Source of the DNA: Chthonomonadales bacterium
GTDB taxonomy: Bacteria > Armatimonadota > Chthonomonadetes > Chthonomonadales > Chthonomonadaceae
Assembly (NCBI GenBank): GCA_038217285.1
Contig: JBBQPO010000079.1
Span: 1 to 21,329, forward strand
Direction: 5' to 3'
Length of the DNA stretch: 21,329 bases
This document shows positions 8,411-15,950 of this stretch, in pieces (the stretch's first letter is position 1; every line of letters begins with the position of its first letter). The notes beneath the pieces were generated by a model. That model did no database searches, was not told the DNA's origin, and saw nothing but the letters and a program-made list of their open reading frames with translations. The position numbers and the translations under genes were made by a program.

Positions 8411-10969
8411 TTACGCTTTCGCGTTGAGCGCGTTCGCCTGCGCCTCTTTTTCGGCTAGCTCGGCGTTCGCAGCCTCCTCGGCATCTTCCGTACTGAGCAG
8501 CGGCTCGATCGTGGTGACGTGATCTCCATCGTTGAGGTTGATGAGTTTCACGCCCTGTGCGCTGCGCCCGGTCTTCCGAATGGGCGCGATGTCCATGCGG
8601 ATCGCGACGCCTGCCTCGGTCAGCACCATGAGTTTGTCATCGAGCTCGACGACGGCCGCGTCCACAATAGGGCCGGTCTTGCTGGTAACATTCATCGTGA
8701 TCAGGCCGCGTCCACCGCGCGACTGATCCCGATAGTCGGTGAAGTCCGTGCGTTTGCCGTAACCGTTGGCGCTGCAAACGAGCAGTTGGCTGGTGCCGGT
8801 CACGACATCCATCGCGACGACACGGTCCTTGAGCAGTTTCGTCTTCGGATCGCGCATCTCGATGCCGCGCACACCCCCGGAAGTATGCCCGCTGACACGC
8901 AGATCGCTCTCCTTGAATCGGATCGACATGCCGCTGCTGGTCACCATGATCAGCTCCTGCTCACCGTCGGTATGGCACACCCAGCGCAGGTTGTCGCCCT
9001 CTTCGATGTCGAAGCACTTCTTGCCGTTGACGCGCAGATTGGCGAAGTCGGCGAGTTCCGAGCGTTTGATCTCCCCGAAGTCCGTGGCGAGCAGCAGATA
9101 GCCGCCCACGCGCAGATCTTTCATCGGCAGGATCGCGGTGATCTTGTCGCCGGGCTCGACCTGGATGAAGTTGTTGATATGCTGCCCCCGCGCCTGCCGG
9201 GAGGTCTGCGGAACCTCGTAGGCTTTTAGACGGTAGACACGGCCCCGGTCGGTGAAGAAGAGGATGTAGTGGGTCGTGGTCGCCACAAAGAGATGCGCCA
9301 GCGCATCCTCGTCCTTCAGGTTCGCCGCCTGTACGCCGCGTCCGCCGCGCTTTTGGGTGCGGTAGGTGTTGATCGGTACACGCTTGATATAGCCGTCTCG
9401 GGAGATGGTGACCAGCGTCTTCTCTTCCGGGATCAGGTCGTCCTCCGTGATCTCGTCGGCCTCCATGGGCAGGATACGGGATTTGCGGTCGTCACCGAAC
9501 TTGTCGCGGAGATAGCGCAGCTCCTCTTTGATGATTTTGACGACGCGGGCGGGCGTGACGAGAATGTCTTCCAGCCGCGCCATCTCTTTGAGTTGGCCTT
9601 TGTAGTCGTCCTCGATACGCTGCCGTTCGAGCTGCGAGATCTGGCGCAACTGCATATTGAGGATCGCTTCGGCCTGGATCTGGGTCAGTCCGAACCGCTC
9701 GACCATCTGAGAACGGGCCACCTCGCCGCTCGGCGCGGCTCGGATGAGCGCGATGATCTCATCCAGGAAGTTGAGCGCGATCTGCAGACCTTCCAGTCGA
9801 TGGGCAGCCTGCTTGGTGCGGGCGAGATCGTAGCGGGTGCGGCGAACGATGATCTCTTTGCGATGCGCAAGATAGAGCCCGATCACCTGCGCCAGATTCA
9901 GCACCCGCGGTTGTCCGTTGACCAGCGCCAGCATAATGATGCCGAAGGTCTGTCGCAGGGCCGTGTGCTTGAGCAGGAAGTTGACGATCCGTCGGGGCAT
10001 GACATCGCGCCGCAGTTCAATGACGATGCGCATGCCGTGCTTGTCGCTGAAGTCGTTGATGGCGGTGATGCCATCGACTTTCTTCTGGTGGACCAGCTCG
10101 GCTATATGTATGATCAGGCGGGACTTGTTGACCTGATAGGGCAGTTCGGTGACGACGATGGCGTTCTTGCCGTTGTCCATCGGCTCGATCTGCAACTGCG
10201 CCTGCATGATAACGCGCCCGCGCCCGGTGCGATAGGCCTCTTTCGCGCCCTTCGTGCCGAGGATCAGCGCGGAGGTCGGAAAGTCAGGACCGGGAATGAA
10301 CTTGATCAGATCGTCCGGCGTGGATTCGGGATGGTCGAGGGCGTAGAGGCAGGCATCCACGACTTCACGCAGGTTGTGCGGCGGGACGCTGGTGGCCATG
10401 CCGACCGCGATGCCTTCGCCGCCGTTGCAGAGGAAGTTCGGGAACTTGCCCGGCAGTACGATCGGTTCGCGCCGTGTCTGATCATAGTTGGGGCGGAAAT
10501 CGACGGTGTCCCGCTCGATATCTTCCATCATCTCCATCGCCAGCGCCGTCAGACGGCATTCGGTATAGCGGTAGGCCGCAGGCGGGTCGCCATCGACGCT
10601 GCCGAAGTTGCCCTGGGGGTCGATGAGGGGATAGCGCATACTGAAGTCCTGCGCCAGACGCACGAGCGTTCCATAGATGGAGGAGTCTCCGTGCGGATGG
10701 TAGTTGCCCATCGTCTCGCCGACGACTTTGGCGCATTTGATGCGGGCCGAGCCAGCACCGACCCCGAGGTCGCGCATCGCGGTGAGAATACGGCGCGCAA
10801 CCGGTTTGAAGCCGTCGCGGATGTCGGGCAGAGCCCGGGAGACGAGCGTCGAGACGGCGTAACCCAGATAAGAGCGGCGTAGTTCCTGCTCGATATCTAT
10901 GTGCATCAGGCCACGGTCAGGGGCCGCCGGAACTTCATCGGGCTCGTTGGGAAAAGTATCGTTTGCCAA
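8411..10969 (-). CDS. gyrA: DNA gyrase subunit A
   Basis: [36 protein letters not shown] (catalytic Tyr), GyrA-box QKRGGRG and beta-pinwheel repeats. TTG start with AGGAG RBS. Confidence 0.97.
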   Translation of the reverse strand: MANDTFPNEPDEVPAAPDRGLMHIDIEQELRRSYLGYAVSTLVSRALPDIRDGFKPVARRILTAMRDLGVGAGSARIKCAKVVGETMGNYHPHGDSSIYGTLVRLAQDFSMRYPLIDPQGNFGSVDGDPPAAYRYTECRLTALAMEMMEDIERDTVDFRPNYDQTRREPIVLPGKFPNFLCNGGEGIAVGMATSVPPHNLREVVDACLYALDHPESTPDDLIKFIPGPDFPTSALILGTKGAKEAYRTGRGRVIMQAQLQIEPMDNGKNAIVVTELPYQVNKSRLIIHIAELVHQKKVDGITAINDFSDKHGMRIVIELRRDVMPRRIVNFLLKHTALRQTFGIIMLALVNGQPRVLNLAQVIGLYLAHRKEIIVRRTRYDLARTKQAAHRLEGLQIALNFLDEIIALIRAAPSGEVARSQMVERFGLTQIQAEAILNMQLRQISQLERQRIEDDYKGQLKEMARLEDILVTPARVVKIIKEELRYLRDKFGDDRKSRILPMEADEITEDDLIPEEKTLVTISRDGYIKRVPINTYRTQKRGGRGVQAANLKDEDALAHLFVATTTHYILFFTDRGRVYRLKAYEVPQTSRQARGQHINNFIQVEPGDKITAILPMKDLRVGGYLLLATDFGEIKRSELADFANLRVNGKKCFDIEEGDNLRWVCHTDGEQELIMVTSSGMSIRFKESDLRVSGHTSGGVRGIEMRDPKTKLLKDRVVAMDVVTGTSQLLVCSANGYGKRTDFTDYRDQSRGGRGLITMNVTSKTGPIVDAAVVELDDKLMVLTEAGVAIRMDIAPIRKTGRSAQGVKLINLNDGDHVTTIEPLLSTEDAEEAANAELAEKEAQANALNAKA

Positions 10970-11064
10970 CCTGTTCTCCTGAAAAATGGGGACTTGCAGC
11001 GAGGAGCGAAAAGCCCCTGCACCTGCAACAAATCGGTGGGATTGCGAGCGTTTTACTGCTTACT

Positions 11065-11093
11065 ATTATACCATTTACGTGTACCTTTGTCAA
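11065..11093 (-). promoter_or_regulatory. Consensus sigma70 promoter of gyrA
   Basis: Minus strand TTGACA-N17-TATAAT (perfect match) with TG extension, about 95 nt upstream of the gyrA start. Confidence 0.9.
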
Positions 11094-11514
11094 CTGCTGA
11101 CGCAAGTTCGCAGATATTGCCATTTCGCGCCGCCCGACGAAGGCGGTGGTCTTGTCGCACACTCTTCCACTCCCGGCCGGAGCCGGGAACCGGAAAACGA
11201 GGAACCCGGAATCGGCCGACAGGGAGGCAAACCGGGCCTGCAAAAGATCTGCAAAATCGCGGGAGCGCACGGGCTTTTCTAAAACTGATGTGATATTTTA
11301 ATGAACCCTATGACAAAAAGAAGGAACTTGCGAACAGACGACGAATCCCTGTAGGGAGAGATTTGTTCAGGGTTCTGTCCGGGCACGGTAGCGACGCTCT
11401 TTTTTCGCTCGTCTCGTAAATCATGCGGGCAGGCAGACCCGGAGTGCCTAATCGTCTTCACGCGTCCGTAAAGTACGCGGATTGTGATCTTTGCAGAAAA
11501 GGAGTGTATTGCTT

Positions 11515-12171
11515 ATGCGCGTCCTCTCTCGTATCGTCTGGATCGTCTCGCTGCTGGCGATCCTCGGAATGACGTTCTTGTTCATTACGCAGCCGCCTTC
11601 GATGCCGAAACTGGATCCGATGACCGCCTACGTCTCTGCCGACAAGAGTCTGGCGCTCCAGTATCCAGGCAACTGGAAACCGCACGAAGCCTCCTCGCAT
11701 GCGGTCGCCGGAAGCCTCTTCTTCGATCCCAACGCCAACACGCACTTCGCGGTAGACACCAGTCTTGCCGGGTCACTAATGGGCGATGTGGTGAAGTCTT
11801 CGAATGCCTCCCTGGGCTCTCTACCGGGAATGCCTCCCGAAGTGGCGGACAAGCTAAAATCGCCACTGGAGACGATGCATGAGAGCTCTCTGAAGACGAT
11901 GGCCAAGAGTAAAACGCGCTATTCCGAATTCGAGCAGGGCGCGACGCAGAAGATCCGGGTCGGTGACCAGGAGGCCCTGTCCACCGATTTCACCTTTAAG
12001 CGAGGCGCGGTCTGGGGCAAGAAGGAGATGTTCGGAACCTATGTCACCGTCCTGGCGCCGGATCGTGAAGTGAGGGTGACCGCCACCTGCTCGAAAGAGC
12101 TGCAGCAGACCATGAAGCCCATTTTCGAACAGATGATCGCCAGTATGCGTCTTGGCCCGACAGGAGGTTAA
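11515..12171 (+). CDS. Membrane-anchored hypothetical protein (possible PsbP/DcrB-like fold)
   Basis: AAGGAG RBS before ATG 11515, an N-terminal TM helix, a LALQYPGNW motif and C-terminal PIFEQMIASMRL, as in PsbP/DcrB-like proteins. The fold assignment is inference. Confidence 0.7.
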   Translation: MRVLSRIVWIVSLLAILGMTFLFITQPPSMPKLDPMTAYVSADKSLALQYPGNWKPHEASSHAVAGSLFFDPNANTHFAVDTSLAGSLMGDVVKSSNASLGSLPGMPPEVADKLKSPLETMHESSLKTMAKSKTRYSEFEQGATQKIRVGDQEALSTDFTFKRGAVWGKKEMFGTYVTVLAPDREVRVTATCSKELQQTMKPIFEQMIASMRLGPTGG

Positions 12172-12175
12172 AAGA

Positions 12176-13033
12176 ATGCAGTGTTTCTCTTGTGGAAGAC
12201 AGAGCAGCCGCACCGACTACTGCGAATGGTGCAAGCGGCCCCATGACCGACCGGGGCAGATGCCGCCCGGCCCCGCGCCTCTTTCCGGCGTCCAGCCGAC
12301 CCAGCCACTGCCGCTTGGGATGCAGCCGACACGTCCGCTGCCGCCCGGAGCGCAGCCGACCATGCAGATGCCGCCACCGACTCCGTCGCGCCGGGTCGCC
12401 CTGACCGGCGAGGTGGTGGAAGGCCCGTCGTCCGCGCCTCCCATGCCCACGCAGGCGATGCCTCCCCACGGCTATGGCGGCGCCCCTTCTCCCTACATCA
12501 ACGCCCCTCTCCCGGCCGGAGCCTACTCAGCCCAGGCCATGGCTCTCCAGTTCGATGACATCGCCCCGGCCGGCGAACGCTGGGAGAAGGCGCTGGCGAT
12601 CTGCTTCTCGCTAGTTGCGTTCTCGATGCTGTTGATCCATTTCGTGCCGGGCTCCATCCTCTGGGTGACGTACGGCGACATGTTCCTGCTAATGCTGGCG
12701 CTGGGAGCCACACGGGCTATTCCCTTCTTCGAAGAGGCCATGCTGGACTGCGGCATCATGCTGGTCGTTAGTTTCCTCCTCGGACCGATTGCAGCACTGA
12801 TCGTCTATCTCATCGTCTGCGCTATCAAGCAGGAGTGCAACGGCGCGATCGTCACGCTGCTGATCGTCAGCATCGTCCTCCCCCAACTGCTGGCGATCAC
12901 CCTGCTTACCAGCCCCACCGAGGTCAATCCCTTCATACTTCTGGGCCTCTTCGGCATCCTCGGTTTCCTAGTCGTCTTCGTCGGCTTCCTCGGCTGGCTC
13001 TGCGCCAGTTTCTTCCGCCCTCTCAACGAGTAG
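12176..13033 (+). CDS. Membrane protein with N-terminal CxxC...CxxC zinc ribbon, Pro-rich linker and ~5-6 TM helices
   Basis: AGGAGG RBS, MQCFSC...YCEWC start and a hydrophobic C-terminal half. Lies 4 nt downstream of the previous gene. Confidence 0.8.
   Translation: MQCFSCGRQSSRTDYCEWCKRPHDRPGQMPPGPAPLSGVQPTQPLPLGMQPTRPLPPGAQPTMQMPPPTPSRRVALTGEVVEGPSSAPPMPTQAMPPHGYGGAPSPYINAPLPAGAYSAQAMALQFDDIAPAGERWEKALAICFSLVAFSMLLIHFVPGSILWVTYGDMFLLMLALGATRAIPFFEEAMLDCGIMLVVSFLLGPIAALIVYLIVCAIKQECNGAIVTLLIVSIVLPQLLAITLLTSPTEVNPFILLGLFGILGFLVVFVGFLGWLCASFFRPLNE
12293..12382 (+). repeat. Three 30-bp coding tandem repeats (QPTxPLPxGx)
   Basis: CAGCCGAC starts at 12293, 12323 and 12353. Confidence 0.8.
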
Positions 13034-13046
13034 CCCTTACGATACG

Positions 13047-13080
13047 GAGAAGGCGGAGTCCACATGGACTCCGCCTTCTC
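13047..13080. terminator. Perfect 15-bp inverted repeat between convergent genes
   Basis: GAGAAGGCGGAGTCC-acat-GGACTCCGCCTTCTC; no clear U-tract on either side. Confidence 0.65.
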
Positions 13081-13702
13081 ACTTACCGGTATAGACGGGA
13101 CGAGGGTACCGAAAAAGATACTCGTTTCCGCGCGGCTTCCTGCCGAGCCGCCCACCGTCGAACTTTCCGTGCTCACCTACCGAGTACAGCACGAAACCTT
13201 CTCCCTCTTTCCGATACCGGAGCGCGTGAAGATCGAAAGGATCTAGAGGCGTCGGATGGAGGCATTCCGCCAGCGAATCCGGGAAATGGCCGTGTCGGGT
13301 CTTCCAGGTGAGAAGCGCGGCTGCCGTGCGAACCGTCTCTGCGCGGGCCTGAAGGCGCGCTTTTGTGACCGGCAGGTTCGACCACATTCCGATACTGATC
13401 ACGGCAAGAGAGTAGTCCGGGTCGGCCACATGCCTGTCCGCCTCGCGGCTGATGGCGGTTAACCCGGCCAGGGCCTCGGGATAGGGTCGGTCGGCTAGCG
13501 GAAGGATGCGGCGGATCCACGCGAGATAGTGTGCATCGTTCATGTCGAGGAACCTGGCCACAGCCAGTTTTGGATCGGTCGGGTACTCATATTTTTTTGT
13601 CCAGAGGCGATACTCCTTCGACTTTTCGAAGGGTGTCCCTGACGCGTCGCCTGGATCGCTCATGAGCTTCTCGGGGGTCATGCGCCGTTGTAATTCGGTC
13701 AT
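13079..13702 (-). CDS. C-terminal part of a secreted protein with a pseudopilin(GspG)-like tail; probably a split-gene fragment
   Basis: ALLTWKTRHGHFPDSLAE...DPFD..LRYR....FVLYSVG..GKFDGG tail. No signal peptide or RBS; ATGA overlap with the upstream ORF. Confidence 0.6.
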   Translation of the reverse strand: MTELQRRMTPEKLMSDPGDASGTPFEKSKEYRLWTKKYEYPTDPKLAVARFLDMNDAHYLAWIRRILPLADRPYPEALAGLTAISREADRHVADPDYSLAVISIGMWSNLPVTKARLQARAETVRTAAALLTWKTRHGHFPDSLAECLHPTPLDPFDLHALRYRKEGEGFVLYSVGEHGKFDGGRLGRKPRGNEYLFRYPRPVYTGK

Positions 13703-14190
13703 CGCCAGCGGGCATAATCACGGAACTGCGCGTTCCGTGGAAAGGTGTCAGGCACCGGGGTGCCGTCGATATAGAGAAAGTCTACGGGCTCGACATAGAA
13801 GGGACACTGAGCCATACGGCGGGTGAGAAGCGAACGCTCATGATGTCCCTCCAGGGCTCTTCTGCCCCGCGCGACCTGGTCAGGAGTGGGAGCGTACATG
13901 TACATAGCTTCCAGCGCTGTGATCTCTTCGCGCGACACCGGAGAGGCCTTGTCCAGTTCCCGGATCTTCGCCATATAAGTAGCGGCGTTCTGATCTGCCT
14001 GCACGTTAGGGGGGCGGAGATCCGCAGGAGTTATGGGGATGCCCTCTCGGCGAGCGGCCTTGACCTGCGCAGCCCGCGCCTCTTCCCACATCGGTCGCGT
14101 CTGCTGCGCGACCGCCTTCGTGCCAGCAAGGGCAGCAGTAAGACCCGCCAACAGCAGGCAGCAGCCACATAACTTGAAACGCACTCGCAT
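13699..14190 (-). CDS. N-terminal part of a secreted hypothetical protein; probably a split-gene fragment
   Basis: AAGGAG RBS and signal peptide MRVRFKLCGCCLLLAGLTAALAG..AVAQ; ends abruptly at FRDYARWR. Confidence 0.6.
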   Translation of the reverse strand: MRVRFKLCGCCLLLAGLTAALAGTKAVAQQTRPMWEEARAAQVKAARREGIPITPADLRPPNVQADQNAATYMAKIRELDKASPVSREEITALEAMYMYAPTPDQVARGRRALEGHHERSLLTRRMAQCPFYVEPVDFLYIDGTPVPDTFPRNAQFRDYARWR

Positions 14191-14393
14191 CAGAAGGCTC
14201 CTTGTGCCCGCCCAGAATATACTCTCTCTACTGGCATTGCGGTTCTCGACGACTATCGAATGACAGAGACAGGCGAAAGGCACGTGGGACTACCATAACC
14301 AGTGCAAACTCGCGCACAGAGCCATGAAAGAACGAAACGGCGGTCCGCCGGCGATCTGGTCTTACGCGCCGGAGAAGTTTCGATCCACGAGGG

Positions 14394-15043
14394 ATGGCTT
14401 ATTCACGGCAGCCTGCCTTCCGCCGCCGTGTCGTCGAACTGGTGACGCAGCAGCAGGACGCGCAAGTCAAGGATATCAACGTCGGACGCGTGATGCTGGA
14501 TTTCGCGCACATCGCCAGTGAGAACGCGATCCGCATGCCTGCCGAGCTGACGATGCTGAGCAAGACTCTGCTCAACCTCGACGACATCGGCACCGCCCTC
14601 GACCCCAATTTCAACCCGAACGACTCGATACGCCGCCATGCCGGAGAGATCATGCAGCGGCGGCGGCTGAAAAGCATTTCGCTGGGCAATCTGGTCACGA
14701 CGGCGATGGAGGCGCAGGAGTTCGCGCGCGAAATGCCGGGGCGCGTGAATCACATTCTGGACATGGTGGCGAAGAATCAGGTGAAATCCGCGTCGATGCC
14801 TTCGACGAAGCCACCCTGATCGAAGGCTTCCAGAAGGTCGCCAACCGTATCACGACCGGACTGGTGCTGGCGGCGCTAATCCTCGGCGCGTCGATGCTGA
14901 TGCGGGTTCCCAGCAAGTTCGAGATCTTCGGCTATCCGGGCCTGGCAATGCTTTGCTTCCTGCTCGCTACCGGTGGGGGCTTCTGGCTTATCATGACGAT
15001 TGTCATGAGCGACCGCGCCGTCCGCCACAAGAAGAAAACATAA
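14394..15043 (+). pseudogene. 3' remnant of an ABC1/AarF/UbiB-family kinase gene with a frameshift
   Basis: IRMPAELTMLSKTLLNLDDIGTALDPNF is typical of the ABC1 C-terminal region. One base is missing at gtgAAAtccg (14784-14786); the shifted frame continues IRVDAFDE...ANRITTGLVLAALILGAS...KKKT* to 15043. The kinase core is absent. Confidence 0.8.
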
Positions 15044-15076
15044 GCGTCAACGAAAAACCCCGAAAAGGCACAGATA

Positions 15077-15156
15077 TGGGCGCGGCAGGACTCGAACCTG
15101 CATGCACGCGGCGGGGGCTTTACAGGCCCTTGCTCACTCCGGCAAGCAGCGCGCCC
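15077..15156 (-). tRNA. Atypical tRNA-Tyr(GTA) or tRNA-like RNA
   Basis: Acceptor GGGCGCG/CGCGCCC+A73, D stem GCTT/GAGC, anticodon loop CTGTAAA, 12-nt variable region and T arm GCAGG-TTCGAGT-CCTGC. Non-canonical C8 and G14; CCA not encoded. Confidence 0.7.
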
Positions 15157-15211
15157 GAATGGGTCGGTGTCAGGCTGGAATAGTCGGTCTCCATGGTTAT
15201 CTCCTTCAAAT

Positions 15212-15287
15212 TGGGGCGGTTGGCGGGAATTGAACCCGCGTAAACGGATCCACAATCCGTCGCCTGAACCACTCGGCTACAACCGCC
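15212..15287 (-). tRNA. tRNA-His(GTG)
   Basis: G-1:C73, acceptor GCGGTTG/CAACCGC, anticodon arm ACGGA-TTGTGGA-TCCGT, T arm GCGGG-TTCAATT-CCCGC and encoded CCA. Confidence 0.93.
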
Positions 15288-15304
15288 ATATCCTTCATCG
15301 CACA

Positions 15305-15376
15305 TGGAGACGGAGAGACTTGAACTCTCAACCCTCTGCTTGCAAAGCAGGCGCGCTGCCGTTGCGCCACATCCCC
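15305..15376 (-). tRNA. tRNA-Ala(TGC)
   Basis: Acceptor GGGGATG/CGTCTCC with G3:U70 and A73, anticodon loop TTTGCAA and T arm GAGAG-TTCAAGT-CTCTC. CCA not encoded. Confidence 0.9.
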
Positions 15377-15480
15377 ACAGAAACTTTCTCGGTCATCCCA
15401 GAGGAGCGCAGGGCCGGACACAATCTCCCACCAACCGGCCCCGCTCTTTTCAAAGTCAACCGCAACAACAAAACAAGCGC

Positions 15481-15518
15481 AACACAAAACGGCCCGGTCT
15501 GTCGCGCAGACCGGGCCG
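15481..15518 (-). terminator. Intrinsic terminator (candidate attenuator) upstream of the tRNA cluster
   Basis: 12-bp perfect stem CGGCCCGGTCTG-cgcga-CAGACCGGGCCG followed on the minus strand by TTTTGTGTT. Confidence 0.85.
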
Positions 15519-15540
15519 CCCTTCCCACAAAATTGTGGGC

Positions 15541-15705
15541 TTATGGCAAGCGACGATCTTCCGGCAGAGCGGCATGGTAACAATAGTGGACAGGATGCGG
15601 TACGGGCAGCGTGTTGTTCAGAATCAGGCGCAACGCGGCACGCTCCATTGCCGGTGCGGCGAGGGCGAGGTTCTGTTCTGCGATCTGATTTCTGCGAGTA
15701 TCCAC
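15541..15705 (-). CDS. Putative 54-aa leader peptide (MDTRRNQIAEQNLALAAPAMERAALRLILNNTLPVPHPVHYCYHAALPEDRRLP)
   Basis: GAGAGG RBS 7 nt before GTG 15705, open to TAA 15541-15543, ending 22 nt before the terminator stem. Below the ORF-track length cutoff. Confidence 0.6.
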   Translation of the reverse strand: MDTRRNQIAEQNLALAAPAMERAALRLILNNTLPVPHPVHYCYHAALPEDRRLP

Positions 15706-15905
15706 GTGACTGCCTCTCTAGTGTCTGAAAATCGAGCGTTCGGGTTCTCCGTGCGTCTCACCTCTCTTGACCGGGTCGCCAACAGAGAAGTTGCAGGGCG
15801 CAATAACTTTTTTGGAAAGGAATGTCAGGGGGCGCGAAGGCCGGGAATCCGTGACGCCTCTCCTGCCGTTCTTGCGTCTAATGAACAGAGAGTGAGGAAG
15901 AGAGA

Positions 15906-15937
15906 AGCCAGATCGTTGTAGAGCCAGATCGTTGTAG
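15906..15937 (+). repeat. Perfect 16-bp tandem duplication
   Basis: AGCCAGATCGTTGTAG occurs twice, immediately before the AGGAGG RBS of the ankyrin gene. Confidence 0.9.
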
Positions 15938-15950
15938 AGGAGGTCCGAAG

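Noticed and set aside
9269-10882. 537-aa plus-strand ORF
   Set aside because: Antisense mirror of gyrA with no recognisable protein features.
11094-11514. Long intergenic region with several small hairpins, considered as a riboswitch or ncRNA
   Set aside because: No riboswitch consensus recognised by eye; would need an Rfam cmscan.
15077-15110. tRNA 3' end as an integration site (att) for the defence island
   Set aside because: No duplicated tRNA 3' fragment or integrase seen in the window, and the island lies on the 5' side of the tRNAs.
15167-15921. ORF-track entries of 125-205 aa across the tRNA region
   Set aside because: They are translations of tRNA genes or their antisense (e.g. METERLELST..., RVQFPP).
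15906-15937. Tandem repeat considered as a CRISPR remnant
   Set aside because: Only two adjacent 16-bp copies, with no spacer and no cas genes.
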